DNA from: an uncultured delta proteobacterium
Lineage (GTDB): Bacteria; Desulfobacterota; Binatia; UBA9968
DNA length: 64,000 bases
Assembly: GCA_963816145.1 (NCBI GenBank)
Contig: CAWFJP010000004.1
Coordinates: 416,001 to 480,000, forward strand
Reading direction: 5' to 3'
Shown here: piece after piece, positions 1-8,753 of the stretch
How the letters are laid out: each line of letters begins with the position of its first letter
How positions within the stretch are numbered: the stretch's first letter is position 1
Made by a program: the position numbers and the translations under genes
The notes under the pieces: model-generated
Database searches by the model: none
The model's input: only the letters and a program-made list of their open reading frames with translations
Told to the model about the DNA's origin: nothing

Positions 1-22
1 TTTTCAATCCACCCGCAATCAT

Positions 23-802
23 CTACTTGCCGGTAAATACCGGCGTGCGTTTTTCCAAGAAAGCTTTCACGCCCTCGTCGTAGTCACTGCTGCGACCGGC
101 GATTTCTTGCAAATTTGCTTCGTATTCCAAGTCAGCTTCAATGTTGGGCAGATTGGCGTGATTGACGGCGCGTTTGATCAGACCGATGCCGCGCGGAGCT
201 TTGGCGACGCGTTCGGCGATTTCGCGCGCCGAGGCGGCGAATTCGGCGGCTGGGAAGACCCGCGCCACCAGGCCGATGCGCTGGGCTTCTTTGGCGTCGA
301 CGGTATCGCCGAGCAACAAAAGCTCCATCGCCTTGCTGACACCGACGAGCCGGGTCAGGATAAAACTGCCGCCGGAGTCGGGCGCCAAGCCGACGCGCAC
401 GAACGATTGAATAAATTTGGCTTCCTCCGAGGCGACGCGCAGATCGCAGGCCAGGGCGAAATTGCAGCCGGCGCCGGCGGCCACGCCATTGACGGCGGCG
501 ATGACGATCTTCTCCATGCCGCGGATCTGGCGGATCATCGGATTGTACTTTTCCCGCAGCGACGCGCCCAAGGAACCTTTTTGATCGGGTGTGCGGCCCT
601 TCAAATCCTGGCCGGCGCAAAATGCCCGGCCGGCGCCGGTGATCATGAAACAGCGAACTTCTGTGTCCCGTTCGCCGTCGCGCAACGCTTCGAGCACTTC
701 CTTGTTCATCTGCGGCACGAAGGCGTTTAACGCCTGGGGCCGATTGAGCGTGACCGTCGCTACGCCGTTTTGCTTCTCGTAATCAATGGTTTCGTAGGCC
801 AC
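23..802 (-). CDS. paaG: Enoyl-CoA hydratase/isomerase, PaaG-like (1,2-epoxyphenylacetyl-CoA isomerase)
   Basis: 259 aa; crotonase motifs AFCAGQDL and AVNGVAAGAG; the GLAPDSGGS (Asp) motif is typical of PaaG; tandem with a paaF-like gene. Confidence 0.75.
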   Translation of the reverse strand: MAYETIDYEKQNGVATVTLNRPQALNAFVPQMNKEVLEALRDGERDTEVRCFMITGAGRAFCAGQDLKGRTPDQKGSLGASLREKYNPMIRQIRGMEKIVIAAVNGVAAGAGCNFALACDLRVASEEAKFIQSFVRVGLAPDSGGSFILTRLVGVSKAMELLLLGDTVDAKEAQRIGLVARVFPAAEFAASAREIAERVAKAPRGIGLIKRAVNHANLPNIEADLEYEANLQEIAGRSSDYDEGVKAFLEKRTPVFTGK

Positions 803-808
803 GGGAGT

Positions 809-1603
809 TTACTTACCTTTAAATTCCGCTTTGCGCTTTTCGAGAAACGCCTTCATTCCTTCGCTGCGGTCTTCCGAGGCGAACAGAAGATAAAATGCTT
901 TCCGTTCGAACTCCAGGCCTTCGTCGAGGCCGGTGTTGGCCGATTTGAGCACCGCCTCTTTGGCGGCCTTGATCGCGAGTTGGGGTTTCGCGGCGATCTT
1001 CTTGGCGATGTTCTTGGCTTCTTCGAGACAAAGCTCGACGGGCACGACGCGGTTGACCAGACCGAAGCGCTCGGCGTCGCTGGCGCTCAGCATGTCGCCG
1101 GTGAGCACCAGCTCCATGGCGCGATGTTTACCTAGCAGGTGCGTCAGCCGCTGGGTGCCGCCACTACCGGGGATGATGCCCAGGTTGACCTCGGGTTGGC
1201 CGAAGCGGGCATTCTCGGCAGCGACGATAATGTCGCAGCTCATTGCCAGCTCACAGCCGCCGCCCAGGGCGAAGCCAATCACAGCGGCGATCACCGGCTT
1301 GGAGATCTTGTTGATCTTGTCGCGATAGGCGAGGCGCTCATGGACCATGGCGTCGAAGGGGCCTTTGTCGGCCATCTCCTTGATGTCGGCGCCGGCGGCG
1401 AAGACTTTGTCTCCGCCAGTGACGACGATCACGCGCACTTCGGGATCCTGGTCGAGCTCCTGCATGGCCAACGAAAGGTCTTTGACCAGACCATACGACA
1501 GAGCGTTGAGAGCTTGCGGCCGGTTCAGGGTCACGACAGCGATGGCGCCGTCACGGCCGACTATAACGTTGTCGTAGTTCATCGGATTTGAGCTTAAAGA
1601 CAT
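809..1603 (-). CDS. paaF: Enoyl-CoA hydratase, PaaF-like
   Basis: [40 protein letters not shown] crotonase motifs; start may be the ATG at 1582. Confidence 0.8.
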   Translation of the reverse strand: MSLSSNPMNYDNVIVGRDGAIAVVTLNRPQALNALSYGLVKDLSLAMQELDQDPEVRVIVVTGGDKVFAAGADIKEMADKGPFDAMVHERLAYRDKINKISKPVIAAVIGFALGGGCELAMSCDIIVAAENARFGQPEVNLGIIPGSGGTQRLTHLLGKHRAMELVLTGDMLSASDAERFGLVNRVVPVELCLEEAKNIAKKIAAKPQLAIKAAKEAVLKSANTGLDEGLEFERKAFYLLFASEDRSEGMKAFLEKRKAEFKGK

Positions 1604-1668
1604 ACACCATGGTTAGCGGCGATTCAAGAAACAGTTCGCTTAGCGGCTACTCCGAATTGATTGCAAAA

Positions 1669-1687
1669 ACTGACACTTACACTCAGT
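1669..1687. promoter_or_regulatory. Candidate TetR operator between divergent paaF and tetR
   Basis: ACTGA-N9-TCAGT inverted repeat, flanked by TTGCA/TGCAA, in the 134-bp divergent intergenic region. Confidence 0.3.
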
Positions 1688-1737
1688 GCAAGGTTTGATT
1701 GACACCCCAGATGCGATTTGCCAAGATCGGCTAATCC

Positions 1738-2421
1738 ATGTCCAACCGCGTTGAACCCGCAACTCGTCACTACGACGAAAAACTGCAACTGATTCTCAAA
1801 ACCTCGGCGAAAATCTTTGCCGAGAAGGGATTTCATCACACGTCGGTGCGCGACATATCGCGCGCCACCAAGATGAGTTTGTCGGGGCTCTACTATTATT
1901 TCACGACCAAGGAAGAGCTGCTCTATCTGATCCAGGAGCGCTGTTTCATTACTTTGCTCGGCCACTGGGAGCAGATCGACATGCCGGAGTCCGACGTGCG
2001 CGGACGGATACGGGCGTTTGCCGAGAATCATCTCGGCTTCTTTCTCCACAATATGCATGAAATGAAAGTCATGGCCCATGAGGACGAGTCGCTGACCGGC
2101 GACTTCGACGAAAAGATCCTTGTGCTCAAGCGCCGCTACGTCAAAGTGATCGTGGATTTATTGGCGGAGCTGCCGGAAAAAGCCGGCGGCAAAGCCATCG
2201 ACCTGCGGGTGGCGACTTTCACGCTCTTCGGCATGATGAACTGGATCTACACCTGGTATCAGCCCAAGCGCGACTTGCCGTTCCCGCAATTGATCGAGCA
2301 GATGCTGCGCATCTATTTTTTCGGTTTGGTCAAAGCTGGCAGCGAAGCAGAGCCCTGGTTCACTGCGCCGGCGTCGGCGAGCGCCAAGGATGCGTTTTCG
2401 CTCTGGCACAACATTCCTTAG
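1738..2421 (+). CDS. TetR/AcrR family transcriptional regulator (KstR2/PaaR-like)
   Basis: N-terminal HTH FAEKGFHHTSVRDIS...SGLYYYFTTKEELL; C-terminal GMMNWIYTWY. Confidence 0.9.
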   Translation: MSNRVEPATRHYDEKLQLILKTSAKIFAEKGFHHTSVRDISRATKMSLSGLYYYFTTKEELLYLIQERCFITLLGHWEQIDMPESDVRGRIRAFAENHLGFFLHNMHEMKVMAHEDESLTGDFDEKILVLKRRYVKVIVDLLAELPEKAGGKAIDLRVATFTLFGMMNWIYTWYQPKRDLPFPQLIEQMLRIYFFGLVKAGSEAEPWFTAPASASAKDAFSLWHNIP

Positions 2422-2498
2422 ATGGCAAGGCAAAAGTTAAAAGGTAAAAGTAAAAAATCGGCCGGCCGCAGGACAGATTGAATTGGTTTGGAGTCGTT

Positions 2499-3034
2499 AT
2501 GAATTTGTTGCGCATCGGCGATCACGCGCCGGATTTTAAAGTTAGAGGAATTTTGCACGCGCAGGTCGGCGAGTATTCTCTCGGCGCCGGCAAAGGCAAA
2601 TGGCTTGTGCTGTTTTTCTATCCGGCCGACTTTACCTTTATCTGTCCCGACGGAAGTCTACCGGTTTTAGCAAGGCGAGAAGGATTTTGCCGCCGAGGAT
2701 GCGCTGGTTTGGGGTGTTAGCGTCGATTCCGTCGACAGCCACCGCTCATGGTCCGCGGAGTTGGGCGGTTTGGACTGTCCGCTGCTGAGCGATGACAACG
2801 AAGAGTCTGAGCAGCGCCTACGGTGTGCTCGACGAGAAAGACGGCGTCGCGTTGCGCGCGACATTTATCGTCAATCCTGCTGGCGTCATCTGCTACCAAG
2901 TCGTCAGCCACGTCAACGTCGGCCGCAGCGTCGAAGAAACCTTGCGCGTGCTCAAAGCGCTGCGCACGGAGCGGTTGTGCCCCTCCGATTGGAAGCCGGG
3001 CGAGGCGACCGGCGATTTGGCGCTGAAATATTAG
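2499..3034 (+). pseudogene. ahpC: 2-Cys peroxiredoxin (AhpC), multiply frameshifted (pseudogene or sequencing errors)
   Basis: FFYPADFTFICP, then TEV / TGFSK / GVSVDSVDSH..W / PLLSD / YGVLDEKDGVALRATFIV..GRSVEETLRVLKAL..LCPSDWKPG pieces spread over all three frames. Confidence 0.75.
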
Positions 3035-3134
3035 AATAATGGATAATTGATAATTGAGAATGGATCATTTCGGAAATCGGGGGCGCCGTGCCTGGTCTTT
3101 AATTTTCAATTATCCATTTTCCATTATCAATTGA
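3033..3134. repeat. Heptamer-based (GAGAATT/GATAATG-like) inverted intergenic repeat; related copies at ~15646-15740 and ~48277-48308
   Basis: AGAATAATGGATAATTGATAATTGAGAATGG arm and complementary AATTTTCAATTATCCATTTTCCATTATCAATT arm. Confidence 0.6.
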
Positions 3135-3137
3135 TCT

Positions 3138-3869
3138 ATGTCGCTCGATGCCATTCAGCAAAAGAAGCAGGTTATCGAAAGCCGCTCGCGGATTCGCGAG
3201 TTTGTTTTCGGCATTCAAGACGGTTTGATCAGCACGGTCGGCCTGCTCGCCGGCGTTCAGAGTGCAACCGAAAGTAACGTTGTCGTCATCGTCACGGGGC
3301 TGACCGCAATGTTTTCCGGGGCGATCTCCATGGCCACCGGTTCCTATCTCTCGTCCGGCGCGCAGAAGGATATTTTCGACAAAGAGCTTGCCGATGCCGA
3401 AAAGCTTGCCGCCAGCGAGCCGTATATCGCCGCGGAGGGCTTGTTGAAAGCCCTCGGCGAAGAGGGGCTGAGCAAAGAGCAAAGTTACCGCATGGTGAAG
3501 GTGCTGCTGGCCGAGCGCAAAGTCTTCATGCGCACCTTCCAAGAAAAAGTGTTCGGCCTGGGCAGCGCGGAAATCAATCAGCCGTTCAAGGCGGCCCTGG
3601 TGATGGGGATGTCCTTCATTATCGGCGCCATCGTTCCGATCCTTCCGTTTATCGCGATGGGTGGGGTCGCAGCGCTTTATCTGTCGGTTTGCTTGAGCGC
3701 GGCTACACTGTTTATCGTCGGCGCGTTCAAAGGCCGTCTCGCCGACCAGTCCATCCTGGTCTCCGGCGCCAAGTTTTTTGTCGTTGCCGTGAGTGCTGCT
3801 GGCGTGGGTTATCTCATCGGTCTTGGCGTGCAGTGGTTTTTCCCGGGAATCACGATTCCGGCGGGGTAG
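3138..3869 (+). CDS. VIT1/CCC1 family Fe/Mn transporter
   Basis: IREFVFGIQDGLIS, GAISMATGSYLS motifs; five predicted TM helices. Confidence 0.9.
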   Translation: MSLDAIQQKKQVIESRSRIREFVFGIQDGLISTVGLLAGVQSATESNVVVIVTGLTAMFSGAISMATGSYLSSGAQKDIFDKELADAEKLAASEPYIAAEGLLKALGEEGLSKEQSYRMVKVLLAERKVFMRTFQEKVFGLGSAEINQPFKAALVMGMSFIIGAIVPILPFIAMGGVAALYLSVCLSAATLFIVGAFKGRLADQSILVSGAKFFVVAVSAAGVGYLIGLGVQWFFPGITIPAG

Positions 3870-5238
3870 AAGAATCAGCGTCTTCGCCTTGAAATCCATA
3901 TTTTTTGAGCTTGTAGCGAAGGGCACGCTCGGTGACGCCGAGTAATTCCGCGGCGCGCGTCTGCACGCCGTTGGCGCGTTTGAGCGCCTCTCTGATCATG
4001 CGCCGTTCCAGGCCTTCGACAGCGGCGGTGAGTTGAGTCTGCGCCTCGCTGAGAGCGTCCGGGTCATCGAGTATCAGCGGCAAATCGCCGCGATCGATCA
4101 CGTCGCCGCGGCAGAGAACCACGGCGCGCTCGAGCAAATTTTCCAACTCACGCACATTGCCCGGATAATCGTAGCGCAACAGCGCATCGCGCGCTGCGCG
4201 GCTAAAACCGCGCAGACTTTTGCCGTTCTTAGCGGCAAATAGCTTGAGAAAATGATCCATGAGAGGCGGCAAATCCTGGCGCCGTTCGCGCAGCGGCGGC
4301 AGCAGAATGGTTACGACGTTGAGACGATAATACAGATCATCGCGAAACTGTCCCGCTCGCATCAAAGACTCGAGGTCGCGATGGGTCGCCGAGAGAATCC
4401 TGACATTGACCTTGATCGGCTGGCTGGAGCCGACCCGTTCGAACTCGCGTTCCTGGAGGACGCGAAGAAGTTTCGCCTGAAGGTGGAGCGGCAGGTCGCC
4501 GATCTCATCGAGAAACAAAGTGCCTGTGTCTGCCAGCTCAAATCGTCCTTTGCGAGTCGAGATGGCACCGGTGAAGGAACCCTTCTCGTGGCCGAACAGT
4601 TCTGACTCCAGCAAATTCTCGGGCAGGGCGGCGCAGTTGACGCGCACCAGCGGCCGGGCCGCCCGCGGGCTGGCGTAATGGATCGCTTTGGCGATCAGCT
4701 CTTTGCCCGTGCCGCTTTCACCGCGAATCAAGACCGTCGCTTCGCTGGCCGCGACGCGCTGTACGAGTGAAATGACTTCGACCATCTGGCCGCTTTCGCC
4801 GATAATTCCCTCGATGCGGTGGCGCGATTTGAGTTCCTCGCGCAGGGCGCGATTTTCTGCGTAGAGCCGGTGCTGTTCGACAATTCGCTGAATTTTTTGC
4901 CGGAGCTCATCCAGATTGAGGGGTTTGGCTACATAATCTGCGGCGCCGTCCCTCATCGCTTCCACGGCGGTTTCAACGCTGCCGTAGGCGGTCATGACGA
5001 TCACCTGGGTTTCTGGATTGATTTCCCGAGCGGCCTTGAGCAGATCGAGGCCGGAAAGGCCGGGCATCCGCTGATCGGTCAAGATCAGCTCCATCGGCGC
5101 CTGTCGAAACAGTTCCAGCGCCGACTCGCCGCCGGCGGCGGTGAAAACTTCAAATCCCTGCTTCTTGAGGTAGCCGCTGACCAGCTCGCGCTGGCTCGCT
5201 TCGTCATCGACCACCAGGATGCGGATGGAATCGTTCAT
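3850..5238 (-). CDS. Sigma-54-dependent response regulator (NtrC/ZraR/AtoC family)
   Basis: Receiver domain (LVVDDE, LTDQRMP), AAA+ GESGTGKE, GSFTGA, RFRDDLYYRLNV-like, Fis-type HTH. Confidence 0.95.
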   Translation of the reverse strand: MNDSIRILVVDDEASQRELVSGYLKKQGFEVFTAAGGESALELFRQAPMELILTDQRMPGLSGLDLLKAAREINPETQVIVMTAYGSVETAVEAMRDGAADYVAKPLNLDELRQKIQRIVEQHRLYAENRALREELKSRHRIEGIIGESGQMVEVISLVQRVAASEATVLIRGESGTGKELIAKAIHYASPRAARPLVRVNCAALPENLLESELFGHEKGSFTGAISTRKGRFELADTGTLFLDEIGDLPLHLQAKLLRVLQEREFERVGSSQPIKVNVRILSATHRDLESLMRAGQFRDDLYYRLNVVTILLPPLRERRQDLPPLMDHFLKLFAAKNGKSLRGFSRAARDALLRYDYPGNVRELENLLERAVVLCRGDVIDRGDLPLILDDPDALSEAQTQLTAAVEGLERRMIREALKRANGVQTRAAELLGVTERALRYKLKKYGFQGEDADSSTPPES

Positions 5239-5244
5239 TTAGGT

Positions 5245-6978
5245 TCAAGCGCCGGCGCTAGGCAGCGATACCCGAAAGCAGGAGCCCTGTCCCGGCCAAC
5301 TCTCCACGGCTATCTTACCACCATGGGCCTCCGCGATTCGACGGGCAATGGCCAGCCCCAAACCGGAGCCGTTGGTTTTGGTGGTGAAATAGGGCTCGAA
5401 GATCTTGCTCAAATTCTCCGCCTCGATGCCGATGCCTTGATCGCGGATGTTCAGGCGCAAAAATTCTTTTTCCGCGACGGCTTGCACCGACAGCTTGCCT
5501 CCGCCCGGCATGGCTTGCACGGCGTTCAGCATGAGATTGAGCAGGAGCTGTTTGAAATAATTTCGGTCCGCCCGCAGCGGCGGCAGATTCGGCGCGACCT
5601 TTAGCTCGATGTCCACCTTCGATGCGTGGGCGTCGGCAGCCAGGAGTGTCGTGATCTCGTCGAGAAATTCATCGATCCGGATCTGTTCTTGGTTCAGTTT
5701 TAGCGGCCGGGCCAAGGAGAGAAATTGTTCGACGGTGCTATTGAGCCGACGAACTTCGTCCTGCATCAGATTCAAAAAATGGGCGTACTCCTCGGAATCT
5801 CCGGTCGGTGTGAACTCGGCCTTGAGACGCTGCAGGCCCATGGACACGGAGTTGAGCGGGTTGCGTATTTCATGGGCCACTGTGGCCGCCATGTTGCCGA
5901 GCTCTGAAAGCCGCTCTTTGCGGTTGATTTCTTGTTCCAGCGATCGGACTTTCTGCAAGTGCCCCCTTTGATTATAGAAGATGGCGCCGATGCCCAGGAT
6001 GCCCACCGTGAGGATGCCGAGGCCGAAGACGGCCATCGAGCGCAGACTGCGCTGCCAAGCCGCTTCCGTGGACTTCAACGAGAGCCCGATCTCGAGAAAT
6101 CCCAGCGTCGCGCCATTGACCCTCACCGCCTTGACGACATCAAAGTGGCGGCTGCCGTCAGGCTGTTCGACGATCTTGCGGCCAATTCCTTGGTTCGATT
6201 TCGCCTCGATTAGAAGCGGGTTGTCTTGTCGACGATTGACGGTTTGCGGGTCGGTATGGGCCAGGACTTTGAAGTCGTTGTCGACCAACGCGATATGCTC
6301 GATATCAGACTGCCGGCCCAGTTCTTCGATGTGTTTTTGCACAGCGATCTGTTTGCGAAAATTGACGATGTAATCGGCATTGGCGTGGACGGCGATAATG
6401 CCGGGAAAGCTCCGGGCGCCGATGGCGACACCGAATACGCTGCCCTCCCAAAATTTCTTTGCTGCGACTTTCGGCGGCGGCGGGGCTGCATCTTGCGCCA
6501 GACGCCAGCGCCTGCCCCACATGAAGGTCATCATGGTCCGGCGCTGCTCATCGGACTCCGCCGGCGGCAGTTTCCCCATGCGAGCCATCATCTCTTGCAT
6601 GCGCCGGGGGGCCGGCGTGGGAGGGGTCTGCAGCGGCTGCCCCTTGGAATCGAGCAGTTCAATTTTGCTAAGTCGATTGGCAGCGGCGATCTGCTGGAGC
6701 ATTTTCTCGTCTGTCCGGGGAAATTGCAGCAGCTCATCGATGAGCCGCGCGTTGTCAAACAGTCGCTGGCTGATGAGCTCCTCCAATAATGAATTCGCCA
6801 GCACGGAGGCACGGACATTGGCTTCGATAGCGTCGGCCAAAGCCAGTCCCTTGGCTTCGGTCTGGCGCAACAACTCGTCTTGAAAACGACGCGCCTCAAA
6901 GAAAATATAAACCGAAACAAGCGCGAGAAGCAGCAGGACGGAGAGAATGAAGTGACGCGGTAATATGCTTCGTCCCAT
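5245..6978 (-). CDS. Membrane sensor histidine kinase (ZraS-like)
   Basis: Two TM segments around a large periplasmic region; H-box VAHEIRNPL, N-box NAVQA, G boxes DQGIG and GSGLGL. Confidence 0.92.
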   Translation of the reverse strand: MGRSILPRHFILSVLLLLALVSVYIFFEARRFQDELLRQTEAKGLALADAIEANVRASVLANSLLEELISQRLFDNARLIDELLQFPRTDEKMLQQIAAANRLSKIELLDSKGQPLQTPPTPAPRRMQEMMARMGKLPPAESDEQRRTMMTFMWGRRWRLAQDAAPPPPKVAAKKFWEGSVFGVAIGARSFPGIIAVHANADYIVNFRKQIAVQKHIEELGRQSDIEHIALVDNDFKVLAHTDPQTVNRRQDNPLLIEAKSNQGIGRKIVEQPDGSRHFDVVKAVRVNGATLGFLEIGLSLKSTEAAWQRSLRSMAVFGLGILTVGILGIGAIFYNQRGHLQKVRSLEQEINRKERLSELGNMAATVAHEIRNPLNSVSMGLQRLKAEFTPTGDSEEYAHFLNLMQDEVRRLNSTVEQFLSLARPLKLNQEQIRIDEFLDEITTLLAADAHASKVDIELKVAPNLPPLRADRNYFKQLLLNLMLNAVQAMPGGGKLSVQAVAEKEFLRLNIRDQGIGIEAENLSKIFEPYFTTKTNGSGLGLAIARRIAEAHGGKIAVESWPGQGSCFRVSLPSAGA

Positions 6979-7132
6979 GGTCGGCGGCCATTATAGTCGG
7001 CGGCGTCGCCGTAAACAAAGTATCGATCCGAAGTTTAATTCTAAAATCCGCTGCCTGATTTTGAGCGAACTGGAGTGGTAGCGATGCGTTACACGACTCC
7101 ACGGCTCCCGACATCGGCGGTCCGCGTTAAGC

Positions 7133-7157
7133 GAGAGGCCCCATCGCGGGGCCTCTC
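7133..7157 (-). terminator. Stem-loop after the small periplasmic protein gene
   Basis: Perfect 10-bp stem GAGAGGCCCC/GGGGCCTCTC with 5-nt loop; only a weak U-tract. Confidence 0.5.
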
Positions 7158-7175
7158 CTGGCTTCAGATTGACCG

Positions 7176-7577
7176 TTAGGACCCTCGGCCCCATGGCCCG
7201 CCAAAGGGCATAATGTTACCCCAGGGGTTCACGCGCAGGGTCCGAAGTTCGCCGGCTTCGTTCTTTAGTTCCACCGAATACATGGTGTGGACTCTGCCGG
7301 TGAACGGCAGCACGCGCTCAACGGTGAATCCTTTGAGGTACTGTCCCGCGTACGCCGTGGCCAGTTCCTTGGCTTTCGCTTCGTCGATCGCGCTGGCCGG
7401 CGCCGTGGCGCCCGCGCAAGGCGCGCCGCCGGCCATCCAGCCTCGCCCTCCGCCCATCATTCCCGGACCCATGCCGCCGAAGCGGCCGCCGGGTCCGCCG
7501 CCCCACTGTGCCGATGCCACGCCGGTTAGTAGTGCCAACCCTCCTGCTACTGCGATAGCGCTTAAGACCTTTTTCAT
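7176..7577 (-). CDS. Small secreted Gly/Met-rich protein with PepSY-like C-terminal domain (ZraP/CpxP-position accessory protein)
   Basis: Sec signal peptide ending ASA; GMGPGMMGG tract; strong RBS GGAGGG; first gene upstream of the kinase-regulator pair. Confidence 0.75.
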   Translation of the reverse strand: MKKVLSAIAVAGGLALLTGVASAQWGGGPGGRFGGMGPGMMGGGRGWMAGGAPCAGATAPASAIDEAKAKELATAYAGQYLKGFTVERVLPFTGRVHTMYSVELKNEAGELRTLRVNPWGNIMPFGGPWGRGS

Positions 7578-7620
7578 AACCTGTCCCTCCTTTTGGGTTT
7601 CGTCTTTGACTTTTTGTTAG

Positions 7621-7637
7621 CGCAAGCTGAGTGCCAA
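7621..7637 (-). promoter_or_regulatory. Sigma-54 (-24/-12) promoter
   Basis: Minus strand reads TTGGCAC-TCAGC-TTGCG, matching TGGCAC-N5-TTGC, ~45 bp upstream of the 7577 start. Confidence 0.8.
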
Positions 7638-7717
7638 CAACGGCGACGAAGGAACCGGTTAATTTTAATAGTGTTTTTCTCTTTCGCGATTGGGCTGCGG
7701 CGAATAATAATCGCCGC

Positions 7718-7739
7718 AATGGTCGAGGTTTCGACCATT
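7718..7739. promoter_or_regulatory. Candidate enhancer (UAS) palindrome for the sigma-54 activator
   Basis: AATGGTCGA-GGTT-TCGACCATT, 80-100 bp upstream of the -24 box, with an AT-rich tract between. Confidence 0.45.
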
Positions 7740-7781
7740 TGGTCGAATTGCCCCAATCTTCGAAAGAAATGAATCTCCGTG

Positions 7782-8660
7782 CTAAGCGATGAGACTGCGC
7801 AACAGGGTCAGATTCTCGCGGTCTTCTTTCAAGTCCGGTCCCTTGGGCGTTTCCAAACACATCGGCAAACCCCAGAAGCGTCGGTCGTTCATTAACAATC
7901 GAAACGCTTCGACGCCGATGAAGCCTTGGCCGATATGTTCGTGGCGATCGACGCGGGAGTGAAATTCCTTCTTTGAATCGTTGAGATGAAAGGCGGCGAG
8001 CAGTTTGATGCCAATGGTTTTGTCGAATTCGGCGAAAGTGCGCTCGTAGCCTTCCTTGGTTCGAATGTCGTAGCCGGCGGCAAAGGCATGTTCTGTGTCG
8101 AAGCAGACGCGCAGCCGGTCGCATTCTTTGGTCGCGTCGATGATGTCGCCGATCTGTTCGAAGCGGTAGCCCAAGTTCGATCCCTGGCCGGCGGTGATTT
8201 CCAACGTCACTTTGACCTTGAAGCCGGGGCAGGCTTTGTGGACTTCGTCCAGCGACTTGGCAATCGTCTTGATGCCTTCCACTTCGCCGGCGCCGACGTG
8301 GGCGCCGGGGTGGGCGATCAAGTTCGACACGCCGAGCACCTCGCAGCGTTCCATCTCGTCGATGAACGCGCCGATGGAACGCTTGCGCAGAGCCGGGTCG
8401 GGCGAGCCTAAGTTGAGCAGGTAGGAGTCGTGGGCGACCACCGATGCGATGCCGGTCTCTTTCCGATTAGCGTGGAACTGGGCGATCTCGTCTTTGTCCA
8501 AAGGCTTGGACGCCCATTGGCGCGACGACTTGGTAAAAATTTGAATCGCTTCGCAGTCGACCTTCCGGCCTTCGAGAAAAGCGTTGCCGACGCCGCCGGC
8601 GATGGACATGTGGGCGCCCAAGAGCGGGCCGCGGCGTTTTTCTTTGGTTTTTTTAACCAT
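7782..8660 (-). CDS. nfo: Endonuclease IV (AP endonuclease)
   Basis: LGAHMSIAGG, HDSYLLNL, HPGAH, LEITAGQG, CFDTEHAFAAGY, HLNDSK, DRHEHIG, LETPK. Confidence 0.95.
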   Translation of the reverse strand: MVKKTKEKRRGPLLGAHMSIAGGVGNAFLEGRKVDCEAIQIFTKSSRQWASKPLDKDEIAQFHANRKETGIASVVAHDSYLLNLGSPDPALRKRSIGAFIDEMERCEVLGVSNLIAHPGAHVGAGEVEGIKTIAKSLDEVHKACPGFKVKVTLEITAGQGSNLGYRFEQIGDIIDATKECDRLRVCFDTEHAFAAGYDIRTKEGYERTFAEFDKTIGIKLLAAFHLNDSKKEFHSRVDRHEHIGQGFIGVEAFRLLMNDRRFWGLPMCLETPKGPDLKEDRENLTLLRSLIA

Positions 8661-8745
8661 TGGAACTCCTGGAACGATTGGAACCTTTGGAACGATTTCA
8701 TCGCGGCCGGTTCCAGCCGTTCCAATCGTTCCAAGGGTTCCAGGT
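8661..8745. repeat. 9-mer tandem repeat arms (GGAACGATT / GTTCCAGCC-like) forming an inverted repeat; related GTTCAAGCC arrays at ~46994-47022 and ~63386-63424
   Basis: TGGAACTCC TGGAACGAT TGGAACCTT TGGAACGAT ... GTTCCAGCC GTTCCAATC GTTCCAAGG GTTCCAGG. Confidence 0.65.
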
Positions 8746-8753
8746 GAGTCGGA

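Noticed and set aside
2640-2680. Possible third selenoprotein (Sec-AhpC) at the frameshifted active site
   Set aside because: The codon reads TGT, not TGA, and no convincing hairpin sits 11 nt downstream
8661-8745. Short tandem repeats (also 14068-14148, 15646-15740, 22801-22883) as a possible CRISPR array
   Set aside because: Units are 7-9 bp without unique 30-40 bp spacers, they form inverted arms, and no cas genes are present
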